Shown: piece after piece, positions 1-8,664 of the stretch | Layout: every line of letters starts with the position of its first letter | Numbering within the stretch: position 1 is the first letter of the stretch | IMG/VR virus record: IMGVR_UViG_3300025635_000144 | Location: 1 to 25,168 of that record | DNA length: 25,168 nt | Strand: one strand, 5' to 3' | From: a virus | Taxonomy: Duplodnaviria; Caudoviricetes | Position numbers and translations under genes: made by a program | Notes under the pieces: model-generated | The model's input: only the letters and a program-made list of their open reading frames with translations | What the model was told of the DNA's origin: nothing | Database searches by the model: none

Positions 1-30
1 CTTCGAGACTGGCGAACGCTTGCCATCATG

Positions 31-54
31 AAAAAGCCCGGCACCAGGCCGGGC
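31..54 (-). terminator. Rho-independent terminator ending the lysis/late transcript
   Basis: Minus strand GCCCGGC-CTGGT-GCCGGGC followed by TTTTT: 7-bp GC stem plus U-tract, 35 nt downstream of the HNH stop. Confidence 0.85.
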
Positions 55-88
55 AAGGCGGCAGCAAAGCCGCTGGGAGGAGACAACT
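31..88 (-). ncRNA. Candidate anti-Shine-Dalgarno small RNA resembling Betaproteobacteria toxic sRNAs
   Basis: Minus strand GUUGUCUCCUCC (76-87), hairpin GCGGC/GCCGC (58-73), then the terminator. The UGUCUCCUCC-hairpin-terminator layout matches my recollection of that family; not searched. Confidence 0.45.
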
Positions 89-89
89 G

Positions 90-587
90 CTATCGCTTCA
101 TGGCGCTGGCAATGGCAAATGCCATTTGGCGCACATCGTCATCAGTGAACTCTGATTTCGCTGCATTGAAGATCCATACAACAACGCGGCAATTTGATTG
201 CACATAACCCAGCGACGGATCAATCCTGTCTATTGATGGGACCCATGGGTTTCTTTCTCCAGAAGAATGAGGAGTTGATGACTGCAGTGCAATGCCTGTT
301 GCCTCACAGAAGCCGTGCTGTATTTTTTCGAGCGCCCATTCAAATGTCAGATCAAACTTGAGTCCTTTGGACTTTGCTCGTTTTTTCGCTCCGGACACAA
401 GGTATGAAGCGCGACTCCGTTCCGGTGTTTCGGTTCTCCACTGTTTGCTGTCTGCAAGTCGCTGCTCTCTGTGCTTCGCATAGCTTTTGCGCAAGACCTC
501 ACGGAATCTTTCTGGGTCTTCAGCACGCCTTCTGGCCTGTTGCTTTCTCTTGTACTCGCGCTCTTTGTCTTTGTCTTTAAATGGCAT
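90..587 (-). CDS. HNH-like (His-Me finger) endonuclease with basic helical N-terminus
   Basis: 165-aa ORF. Motif FCEATG...PSIDRIDPSLGYVQSNCRVVVWIFNAAK is typical of phage HNH-like nucleases; N-terminus is K/R-rich. Confidence 0.75.
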   Translation of the reverse strand: MPFKDKDKEREYKRKQQARRRAEDPERFREVLRKSYAKHREQRLADSKQWRTETPERSRASYLVSGAKKRAKSKGLKFDLTFEWALEKIQHGFCEATGIALQSSTPHSSGERNPWVPSIDRIDPSLGYVQSNCRVVVWIFNAAKSEFTDDDVRQMAFAIASAMKR

Positions 588-590
588 TTT

Positions 591-645
591 GGTGGAATTT
601 TGTTGTTCTCCACCGGATTATATAACTACCGATTTCTAATTGCAT
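591..645 (-). promoter_or_regulatory. Putative sigma70 promoter and inverted repeat upstream of the HNH gene
   Basis: ATGCAA (645-640)-N17-TATAAT (622-617), immediately followed by the inverted repeat GGTGGA/TCCACC (614-609, 596-591). Confidence 0.5.
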
Positions 646-1018
646 CTGCTATCGGACCGCTAATTTTCTCCACGCTTCTCCCAACCACGTAGCCGCCAAG
701 CCCAAACTCGATGATCGACCACAGCTTGAGGTACTCGGCCTCGCTGAGGTTCGGAGCCACCCAGCCCATCCACCTGGCCACGATCAGCGCCGTGAAGGTG
801 ATCATGGTCAGCGGCCGCCAGTTGGCCGCCAGCCAGTGCGTGCTGGCTGCCTCGGTCTGGATGATCTTGGCCGCCGCCGCCTCGATCTCACCTTGGTGCG
901 CCAGCAACTGACGCATGGCCTCAGCCTCGGCCTTGGCTTTCTCGGTGGGGTCTGGGAACAGGCTGCCGACGATCTGGCCAACGATGGGGGCCAGCGCCGG
1001 GATGAGTGCTTGGATCAT
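626..1018 (-). CDS. Holin, 3TM/GTA-holin type
   Basis: 130 aa with hydrophobic segments, WLAANWRP and LGGYVVGRSVEK motifs; ATGA overlap with the endolysin stop. Confidence 0.8.
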   Translation of the reverse strand: MIQALIPALAPIVGQIVGSLFPDPTEKAKAEAEAMRQLLAHQGEIEAAAAKIIQTEAASTHWLAANWRPLTMITFTALIVARWMGWVAPNLSEAEYLKLWSIIEFGLGGYVVGRSVEKISGPIADAIRNR

Positions 1019-1392
1019 GGGTACTTCCTCCGGTCAAGTTCGTAGTGCGGACCATCGCGCATCTTCCAATCACCACCCCACACGATGGCGACGTTCAACT
1101 CCTTGGCCGCTTCTTTCATGGCCGCTGCGATCTGGTGGTACAGGGGCCAGGACCAGTCCACCTGATCATCAACCCACGCGCCCAGATCAACAGCGTGGCC
1201 GGTGATGTGACGCGAGTTCAGCGTCATGCTGGCACCGGCATCCTTGAGCTTCTTCTGGCGCATCGGGTCGCGCAGACCCTCCAGCACCGTGAAGTCCACC
1301 GCGGTGATCTCGATGGCACGCTCGACCACCTTGACTAGATCGGGATGGACACCCTTGAGTCGTGATTTGGATCGAACACCAAGGGTGTACAT
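1015..1392 (-). CDS. Endolysin, M15 family L-Ala-D-Glu peptidase
   Basis: LKGVHPDLV, EGLR, SRHITGHAVDL, WGGDW and DGPHYEL zinc-peptidase motifs. Confidence 0.92.
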   Translation of the reverse strand: MYTLGVRSKSRLKGVHPDLVKVVERAIEITAVDFTVLEGLRDPMRQKKLKDAGASMTLNSRHITGHAVDLGAWVDDQVDWSWPLYHQIAAAMKEAAKELNVAIVWGGDWKMRDGPHYELDRRKYP

Positions 1393-1393
1393 G

Positions 1394-1630
1394 TCAGTTG
1401 CCTTTCCAGTGGCTCAGTAGAAACCCTACAAAGCCCGACACCGCTGACGCCACGGTCATGCCGAACCACAGGCCACCTTTGCCCTTGTTGGCGAGTTCCA
1501 GAAGCTGTTCAAGCTGGCGCTCCATCTTGTCCACCTTCTTGTCCATGTCCTGCACCTTTTGCCACAGAACGCCGTACTTGACCAGGTCAATGCCTTCTTG
1601 TTGTTCCTGCAGCATTGTTTCAATCTCCAT
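1394..1630 (-). CDS. Small coiled-coil membrane protein (holin/antiholin-like)
   Basis: 78 aa: heptad coiled coil followed by a C-terminal TM helix (GGLWFGMTVASAVSGFVGFLL); lies directly upstream of the endolysin. Confidence 0.6.
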   Translation of the reverse strand: MEIETMLQEQQEGIDLVKYGVLWQKVQDMDKKVDKMERQLEQLLELANKGKGGLWFGMTVASAVSGFVGFLLSHWKGN

Positions 1631-3759
1631 TACAGACCAATGATGTTGTTGGCGGCAGAGTTGCCAGTTCCTGCGCCGATACTGAACACAGTGGCCCCAG
1701 TAAACTTGGAGCCGACGTTGCCAAACACACCAGAATAAGTGACGTTGGCATTGAACGATACTGCGTTAGATGCAGTCAATGCACTGTCGTCATAAAGCGT
1801 GTTTCCGCTGACAACGCAACCATATGATGCCGTGGAGCCAGCAATTCGCACTGCGTATCCAGTCGCCGAAACAGTGGATGTAGTAAGCCGGACCGAGTTT
1901 CCGGTAATTGCAAGATTCGTCACATCTTGCGCAATAATGCCAGTCGCTGGCGCTTCAACAGAATTGCCGGAAATAGTACCAGACCTAATGCCCTCAGTGT
2001 CAATTCCACCGAGAATTGACGTACCTGTCATGCGAACAGAGTTGCCGTTAATGCTCAAGTTTTCAAATTTGTATGTTGTTGCAGGGCGTGCACGTATTCC
2101 TGACGAAGTAGACACATCAACATCATTTCCATTGATAACACAAGTACTAAGTGATTGAGTATTAGGAACAGCAACAATGCAATAGTTCCCCATCACGTTG
2201 CGGATTGTGTTGTTAGATATGTTTACCCAACCAACAAGGTCTGTGTAATTTTGAAACGTGATGCCATTGTTTTGCGTAAAAGAAATCACGTTGTCGCAAA
2301 TTGTGGCAGATCGACACTCGACGTTGATGCCAGAGCCAGAAGACGAATTGACGATATTGCCAATAATTGAGATGTCTTCAGCACCAGCATGAGTGTCGAT
2401 AGCATCGCCGCCAGAGCCGCTAGTTGCCGGAGCCGAGTCAGTCACGATGTTGTTGGCAAACAAGATGCGCCTGGTGATGCCGCCAGCCGCAGAGTTGTTG
2501 GTGCTCAGTGAATGGCGCACATCGGTATAGACGTTGTTCTCAGCGGAGCAGTCCTGCGATGCGTCTGAAAAGCTGGTGCCGTAGCCAGTGCCTGAAGAAT
2601 TTGATTCTTGGAAGTACGAGTTCAACACTCGGCAGAACGTGGAATCAAAAAACTGCACATGGGTAGCATCCATGTCGTAGCTTTGAATACCGTCAATTGT
2701 GCAATTGATGCCATTGGTGATAACGATGCCTTTGTGGTTATCGTTACCTGTTGGGCCTTGCAGCTTCAGACCGCGAATGTTGATGTTTCGGACAGGCGTG
2801 ATCTTGGCGATAGTTGCGCTTGCAGCAGTCGTGTAAGTGCTCATCAAGTCGTTGGCAACCGTGACAGAAGACGCGCCCGGTATTGCTTGAATGAAATTCA
2901 ATTCGCCGTAAGTGCTGCTGGTGCGGCCAGAATCCCAAACAGATGTTGACTTGATTTTTACGAAGTCGCCAACGGCAAATGTGGACGACACCACAGACAC
3001 GGTTTTCTGCGCTTCTGTTGCGTTGCTAGACAGCGAAACACCCGCCGCAATTGAACCGCTGAAACTAAGCATTGTCACGCCGGGCGATGTGGCGATAGAC
3101 GAAAAGTCCAGCGTTGCATCTTCACCAACCAAACTGAGGTTAGACGCCGTAAAGTCGCCAAGAACGGTCGTGCATTTGTAAGTGCCCGCCGGAAAAACCA
3201 CGGTAGATGGCGTCGATGCAACCGCCGCAGTAATCGCCGCGATCACAGCAGTGGTGTCATCAGCCACACCATCACCAACAGCGCCAAAATCCTTGACGCT
3301 GAAGATGTCGCGCATCTTGTCTTGAGCAGACCGCGCAACCACGCCAGTTCCGGACTGCTCAAACCCAATCCAATCCGAGCCGTCGTTGTCGGCCAGATCA
3401 GAAACAAAACCAACTTGGCCTTTGAAACCAGTAAACGTTATTCCAGAAGCATCAGCGCTGACGCCAGTTCCATCAGGGAAGCTGTAAACCATCGAACCTT
3501 TACTGTCCTGCACCAAGATGCTGAAGTTGACCGCATCAACATACAACTGAGCTGGGGTGCCGGAGTTTGAGATGTAGCCGTTGATTGTGCGCAGTGGCTG
3601 GGCTGCAAGTTGTGTCAACGCCTTGTCAAAATACACGGCAACTGGGTTGGTCTGCGGATTGAGGTTTGCTTCACCAATCCAGACGTAGCCATTTTCCAAA
3701 GGTTGTCCATCACGGTCTTGGAAAACCGGAAATGGAACTTGGACAGAAAGTGCAGACAT
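1630..3759 (-). CDS. Tailspike: P22-type head-binding domain plus right-handed beta-helix (putative depolymerase)
   Basis: Start reassigned to ATG 3759 (TAATG overlap with the upstream stop). N-terminal NGYVWIG..NPQTNPVAVY..QPLRT head-binding-like domain, SVKDFGAVGDGVADDT motif and repeated I.GN parallel beta-helix rungs. Confidence 0.88.
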   Translation of the reverse strand: MSALSVQVPFPVFQDRDGQPLENGYVWIGEANLNPQTNPVAVYFDKALTQLAAQPLRTINGYISNSGTPAQLYVDAVNFSILVQDSKGSMVYSFPDGTGVSADASGITFTGFKGQVGFVSDLADNDGSDWIGFEQSGTGVVARSAQDKMRDIFSVKDFGAVGDGVADDTTAVIAAITAAVASTPSTVVFPAGTYKCTTVLGDFTASNLSLVGEDATLDFSSIATSPGVTMLSFSGSIAAGVSLSSNATEAQKTVSVVSSTFAVGDFVKIKSTSVWDSGRTSSTYGELNFIQAIPGASSVTVANDLMSTYTTAASATIAKITPVRNINIRGLKLQGPTGNDNHKGIVITNGINCTIDGIQSYDMDATHVQFFDSTFCRVLNSYFQESNSSGTGYGTSFSDASQDCSAENNVYTDVRHSLSTNNSAAGGITRRILFANNIVTDSAPATSGSGGDAIDTHAGAEDISIIGNIVNSSSGSGINVECRSATICDNVISFTQNNGITFQNYTDLVGWVNISNNTIRNVMGNYCIVAVPNTQSLSTCVINGNDVDVSTSSGIRARPATTYKFENLSINGNSVRMTGTSILGGIDTEGIRSGTISGNSVEAPATGIIAQDVTNLAITGNSVRLTTSTVSATGYAVRIAGSTASYGCVVSGNTLYDDSALTASNAVSFNANVTYSGVFGNVGSKFTGATVFSIGAGTGNSAANNIIGL

Positions 3760-6209
3760 TACTGGTTCTCCTGTTCGAATTGGCGTCCGGTCTGGATCGC
3801 AGATTGCAACCACTGCACGCGCGCGTCCAGAGATTGTGGCAGTCTTGCTGCGTTGGCGAAATCTCCGAATGCCTTGCTCATGGCAGTGCGACGCAGCGTG
3901 GCCGTGCTCGGCTCGGCTTTGGTAGCAGCCTCAATGGCCAGCTTCTGGAAATCCTCGCTGGCAAACAATTTGCCAGCCGCCTTGACGGCATCGGCATTGC
4001 CCTTGGCCATGAAGTTGATGATGTCTGGAGCCACAAAGCCACCGCCAGGCACGGCGCTGGCCGCGCCAGTCACTACGCGCTGGGCTGTGGTGCTTTGCAT
4101 GACCTTGCCAAGCAGCCCTTCAGCCTTGAGCGACTCCACCAGCGCCTGATTGGCCTTGCCGGTGGTGAGCACTTGGGCACGTGCGTCGGTGATCCTGCGC
4201 GAGATTTCGTACAGGTCACGCAGCACAGCGTCCGAGTCTTTGCCCAGCGTCTCCACCACCTGCTTGTAGACCGGAGGGTTGGCGCGCAGGCCACGGTATG
4301 TCTTGGCGAACTCAGCGAATCCGAACGCGCCTTCCTGTGCTGCCCGGCCGGAGCTTGATACAGAAGCCAGCGCCGTGGCAATGGTCTCCTTGCGCAACTC
4401 AGGAGGGACGACCTTCATCAGCTTGTTGAACTGCGCCGCGTCTCCTTTGGCCGCAGACTTGATGGCCGACTGCATGAGGTTGGCCACGCTGCCGTCGCTT
4501 TCCTTGCCGAATGCCCCGACGATGCGATTCTCTAGAGCCTTGCGCTTGGCCGTCAGAAGGTTGGCAGCGCGCAGTTCCTGGCGCAGCGCATCGCCGCCAA
4601 GGTCGCCAACGTTTGTCAGTTGGTCGTCAGCCAGCGCTGCGTACAGGCGCTTCAGATCACCTGCAGCCATGTTGCCGTATGGTGACTCCTTGCCAGCCAC
4701 GGCTTGGCCGATCAGGTTCTTTTCGCGCAGAAGACGGCCATATGTAGCGGTCGGGTCTGTGGCCAACTCGTAGAGCTTCTTCTCCTGCGCCGTCAGACCC
4801 TTCTCTCCAACCTCGGCCAGCACCTCGTCCAGCGTCTGGGTCAGACGAGGAAACTGCACGGCAGAGGTCTTCGGAATGGCCTCATCGACGCGCTGGTAGA
4901 TCGTGCTGGCGTCTTTAGCCAGTTGGGCCTGCGTGCCCTTGAGGCTATCCAGGATGCGCTGAGAGGTCGCGCCAGGGGCCGGACGGCCTTCGATGAAGGC
5001 AGCGTCAAACTGCTGCACCACATCGTCGGCCTTGGTGATGGCGTTGCGCACGGTGTTCACCCAGGCCGCCTCAGCCTCGCCGCCAGCCACTGAACGGGTC
5101 AGGCCCACGGCAGCGCGGACCTGCGGGTTGTCGCTGAAAACGTCAAACGGCAAGTCCATGTTCAGACGCTCGGCAGCAGCACGCGCTTCCGGGTTGACTT
5201 GGGCCAAATCTGCCAGCCGAGCCTGGGCAGCGGCAGAGCCTGGTCCTTTTCCGGATGCCTTGCGCACCAAGTCGCCAACTTCCTCGAAGGCTTCGGTGGT
5301 GGCCTGGACGGCAGGCTGCTCTGGCACCGCCTGCGCAGCCGCTTGGATGATGGGCTGCTCAGGGACGGCCTGCGCGGCCGCAGGAGCCGCCGCAGCAGGC
5401 TGGGCAGGCACCGGCGCAAGCACCGGCTCAACTCGCGCGCCAGGGGCCGCAGGACGCGTCGCCGTGGCTGCTGCTGCCGGTGCTGTTGGCGCAGGGCCAC
5501 GGCCAGTGGCGCGTCGGACTGTTTTAGCAACTGCTGGAATAACGGTGCGCTGCACCACTTGTCCAGCCCCACCGGCAGCGCCAGCAGTGACCACTTCGCC
5601 AGTGTCGAATTTCCCACCAGTGCCTGCCTGGGTGGCCTCGATCACAGCCTGAGTGCCAGCGCCAGCGGCCACGGCACCAGGAATGGTGGTGGCACGCCCT
5701 GCCGGGGTGAAAGCCAGCAGGCCGCCGATGACGCGGGGAATGTCGCCCACGGACAGGCCAGGCGGGATGGCGTACTCGCGCTGGTCAACGGAGGACCGGA
5801 TGATGAAGTTGCCCTTGGCGTCTTGGCGAACCTGCGCGCCAGGGAAGTTTGCCTGCAGAATCTGGACCGTCTCCTGCGGGTTGGACAGCAGCGTGCCAAG
5901 CGCCGTCTTGATGGACGCCACGCTCATCTGGTTGAGTTCAGGCATCGATGTCCACTCGGGCAGCGTCTGTGTCTCTGTGGTCGCACGACGCGACCCGGTG
6001 ACCATCTCACCCAATGATTCGAAGAACCCCATTTTTGGAGGTTCTACAGGTGCAGTCTGTCCGCCGAACTGGCTGGCCATGGCCGCGTAATCGACAGGCG
6101 CTGCTGCCGGAGCAGAAACAGGTGCTGCCGCAGCCGGTGCAGCAGCAGGAGCCGGTCCTGCAGCGGTGCCGCCGAACTGTCGTGCGAGTGCTTCGTAGTC
6201 GGTTGCCAT
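3759..6209 (-). CDS. Large internal virion/DNA ejection protein (P22 gp16 position)
   Basis: 816-aa Ala-rich helical ORF; third of three genes between the GNAT and the tailspike. Assignment is by synteny. Confidence 0.7.
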   Translation of the reverse strand: MATDYEALARQFGGTAAGPAPAAAPAAAAPVSAPAAAPVDYAAMASQFGGQTAPVEPPKMGFFESLGEMVTGSRRATTETQTLPEWTSMPELNQMSVASIKTALGTLLSNPQETVQILQANFPGAQVRQDAKGNFIIRSSVDQREYAIPPGLSVGDIPRVIGGLLAFTPAGRATTIPGAVAAGAGTQAVIEATQAGTGGKFDTGEVVTAGAAGGAGQVVQRTVIPAVAKTVRRATGRGPAPTAPAAAATATRPAAPGARVEPVLAPVPAQPAAAAPAAAQAVPEQPIIQAAAQAVPEQPAVQATTEAFEEVGDLVRKASGKGPGSAAAQARLADLAQVNPEARAAAERLNMDLPFDVFSDNPQVRAAVGLTRSVAGGEAEAAWVNTVRNAITKADDVVQQFDAAFIEGRPAPGATSQRILDSLKGTQAQLAKDASTIYQRVDEAIPKTSAVQFPRLTQTLDEVLAEVGEKGLTAQEKKLYELATDPTATYGRLLREKNLIGQAVAGKESPYGNMAAGDLKRLYAALADDQLTNVGDLGGDALRQELRAANLLTAKRKALENRIVGAFGKESDGSVANLMQSAIKSAAKGDAAQFNKLMKVVPPELRKETIATALASVSSSGRAAQEGAFGFAEFAKTYRGLRANPPVYKQVVETLGKDSDAVLRDLYEISRRITDARAQVLTTGKANQALVESLKAEGLLGKVMQSTTAQRVVTGAASAVPGGGFVAPDIINFMAKGNADAVKAAGKLFASEDFQKLAIEAATKAEPSTATLRRTAMSKAFGDFANAARLPQSLDARVQWLQSAIQTGRQFEQENQ

Positions 6210-7531
6210 CAGCGGATTCCTGCTGCTTTCTTGAAGGCGTCAGCCGCCTGCTGCGATGGGAACGTTAGAACCTGGCCGTTTGGAGCCGTCACCGACACAG
6301 GCGCGCCAGGCTTTGCCGGTGCTGCCGGTGGCTGCGGGGCTTCCTCAGTCGGCGTGTAGAAGATGTTGCCAGTGTTCAAGCCGTAGCCCTTGGCGATGCG
6401 CTCAATGCCCTTGCGCACCGTGGCCTCTTGGGTCTGGGCTGTGGAGTACAGCTTGCCAGCCTGGCCTTTGAACGAGGTGCGCTGCGAAGGCGAAAGGCGC
6501 TCACCGCTGACCACCTTGTTGTAGATGTTCTGGATTCGCTCTGGCACACCGGCTGCGTTCTGCGCCGTGGCAAATTCGCCCTCGCGCACTACAGAGCCGG
6601 GGTCAAGCATCTTCATGTAGCCGAAGATCAGCGACAGGTCGCCCACAGCGCTGTCCTCGGAGGCCAGCACGCGTCCGTAGGCCGACTTGACTTCCTGGTA
6701 GCCCTTGGTCTGGTCGCTGTACTCCTTGCGGAACTTGCCCTCGGCCTCGGGTCTCTTCTCCACCGGGATGATGCCATCGGCCATCTGGTCGGCCTCGGCA
6801 CGCGCACGCGCAGCCTCTGCGCCGGACTTGGCAGCAGCAGCATCCTGTGCACGCCGAGCCGCCTTGGCCTGATCGATCTGCGACTTAGTGAGGTCGATCT
6901 CCAAACCGAACTTCTCAGGCGCGAACTTGGCCTGGGCTTCTTTGATGGCAGCAGCAGCAGTTGCCTCTTTTAGTTCATGAGGTGCTTTTTGAGCCGCACG
7001 CAGTTCGGTTGTCATTTTTGACCACTTCTCAGGATCAATGGACGACAACACCAACCCGAGTTGTCCGGCAACCGCTTGCGGGTTTTGGTCTAATGCCGAG
7101 CGCATGAGCTTGAGCCTAGAGGCATCCTGACCACTATTTTCTTTGGCTGCAATACTCTCGTCCAATAGCTTTGCAGCCACTTGCGGCGATCCTGCATTAA
7201 TGGCACCGAACGCTTGAACGCCGGACAAAAATTCCTTCTCCTTCTGCCCCTCTTTCATCATGTCCCACGATTGCTTGAATGCCTCGCGTTGACCAGGATA
7301 TTTCGCCGTTAAAGCACCAAATGCTTCAGGCGTCGGGTTGTCGAGGGTGGCCTGTAGGTCCTTGGCGTACTGAATGCGGGCCTCTTCTGCCTTTTGCCGA
7401 TCAATTTCAGCCTGCTCTCTGACCTTGCGATTTGCCAGAATGTCACCGAGTTCAGAGAAAGCCTGCCCTATGTTTGGCTGAGGCAACATCGCCATGTAGT
7501 TGACGGGGGGCAGCAGTGGATTGATTGCCAT
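6209..7531 (-). CDS. Internal virion/DNA ejection protein (P22 gp20 position)
   Basis: 440-aa helical ORF with KMLDPGSVVREGEF motif seen in podophage ejection proteins; synteny. Confidence 0.7.
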   Translation of the reverse strand: MAINPLLPPVNYMAMLPQPNIGQAFSELGDILANRKVREQAEIDRQKAEEARIQYAKDLQATLDNPTPEAFGALTAKYPGQREAFKQSWDMMKEGQKEKEFLSGVQAFGAINAGSPQVAAKLLDESIAAKENSGQDASRLKLMRSALDQNPQAVAGQLGLVLSSIDPEKWSKMTTELRAAQKAPHELKEATAAAAIKEAQAKFAPEKFGLEIDLTKSQIDQAKAARRAQDAAAAKSGAEAARARAEADQMADGIIPVEKRPEAEGKFRKEYSDQTKGYQEVKSAYGRVLASEDSAVGDLSLIFGYMKMLDPGSVVREGEFATAQNAAGVPERIQNIYNKVVSGERLSPSQRTSFKGQAGKLYSTAQTQEATVRKGIERIAKGYGLNTGNIFYTPTEEAPQPPAAPAKPGAPVSVTAPNGQVLTFPSQQAADAFKKAAGIR

Positions 7532-7540
7532 AGATGATCC

Positions 7541-8161
7541 TCAGAATGCAGCGAAAACTTTTGCGGCACCAAGAATGTCGCCAAACGTTTGACGAGCAAC
7601 GCCGCCGCGAGCCATTTGGCCGCCAGCAATTGCTTGGCCTTGGTTTGCCAGAAGGTTTGCGATATTGCTTGCAGACTGCATGCCTTGCGCAGCTTGTCCA
7701 GCAGCCGACGCCTGGCCCAAGGACGAAAGCCCACCAAGCTGGCTGTATTGCTGTTCAATCATCTGCTGCAGCATTTGCGGACGGAACTGAGCCAAAGCGG
7801 CCTGGATGTTTCCGCCGCGCAAACCACCTGTGGCAGATGCACGTTGCAGCAGCGCTTCTTCACCTTGACGCGAAAGAGCCTGGAAGATTGGAGATTGCTC
7901 AATACCAGAGATTGCAGCTTGCTGCGCTTTTGGACCACCAAGGCCAACAAGTGCCTGCTGCGCTCCAAGTGCGCCAGTGCCTGCCGTGACATACGGGGCC
8001 ATGATCTCGACCAATTTGTCGAACTGGCGCCGTTGTTCTGCTATACCCGCGGCTGATGCTGCTGCCTGCGTGCTTGCTGCTTGGCTTGCTGCGTCTGCCT
8101 GTTGACTCGCTCCAGTGATGCCGCCAAAAACATCGCCAATCAAATCACCAACAAAACTCAT
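7541..8161 (-). CDS. DNA transfer/pilot protein (P22 gp7-like)
   Basis: Start reassigned to ATG 8161 (MSFVGDLIG; ATGA overlap with the GNAT stop). Gly/Ala/Gln-rich with the ASATGGLRGGN motif typical of gp7. Confidence 0.8.
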   Translation of the reverse strand: MSFVGDLIGDVFGGITGASQQADAASQAASTQAAASAAGIAEQRRQFDKLVEIMAPYVTAGTGALGAQQALVGLGGPKAQQAAISGIEQSPIFQALSRQGEEALLQRASATGGLRGGNIQAALAQFRPQMLQQMIEQQYSQLGGLSSLGQASAAGQAAQGMQSASNIANLLANQGQAIAGGQMARGGVARQTFGDILGAAKVFAAF

Positions 8162-8613
8162 CTTGTCCTCCATTCTTCTCGGAGCATGCCGAGAATGTAA
8201 ACGTCCTTGGCCACGCCGTTTTGCGTGCAGGCTTTGCGCCTGCGGCCTTCTTCCACAAACCCCAACTTGAGGCAATAGTTTCTTGCGCCCTCAAGCCCCT
8301 CAATGATGTATGCAGTGACGCGTCGGATCGGATGCGAAAAGGCCCAAAGCAGGAACTCGTGCCCCAACTCACGGGAGTAGATGACGGACGATTTTTTCAG
8401 CAGCGCATGAAGTTCGAGTTCAAGCGCAGACTGCTTGATGGCCATGAAAGCGCCTGCAAACTTGCCGCCAATCCATGCAGACAGATAGGTGACGTTTGGA
8501 TGGTCAATGGGCGCAAACGGCCTGGTGTCATGTGCGACACGGGCAATGTAGGAATCGGAGTAAACCTCTTGCAGGTGCTCCTGTGTGATTCCCTCTGTGA
8601 CTGCCAGCATCAT
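8158..8613 (-). CDS. GNAT-fold acetyltransferase (P22 gp14-like)
   Basis: LELHALL...RVTAYI..ARNYCLKLGFVEEGRRR...DVYILGM RimJ/L-like signature; AAGGAG RBS; gp14 syntenic position. Confidence 0.8.
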   Translation of the reverse strand: MMLAVTEGITQEHLQEVYSDSYIARVAHDTRPFAPIDHPNVTYLSAWIGGKFAGAFMAIKQSALELELHALLKKSSVIYSRELGHEFLLWAFSHPIRRVTAYIIEGLEGARNYCLKLGFVEEGRRRKACTQNGVAKDVYILGMLREEWRTR

Positions 8614-8664
8614 GACTCCTTTGCGGGAATGAGCTGCTGGTGGCCCGGACGACTCAGCGCCTCT

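Noticed and set aside
347-613. 88-aa minus-strand ORF starting at GTG
   Set aside because: Out-of-frame overlap with the HNH gene; no RBS or motif
3760-3813. Extended N-termini given by the ORF track (also 8162-8275, 9674-9709, 14047-14082, 15472-15681)
   Set aside because: They overlap upstream genes; downstream ATGs have RBSs or stop/start overlaps
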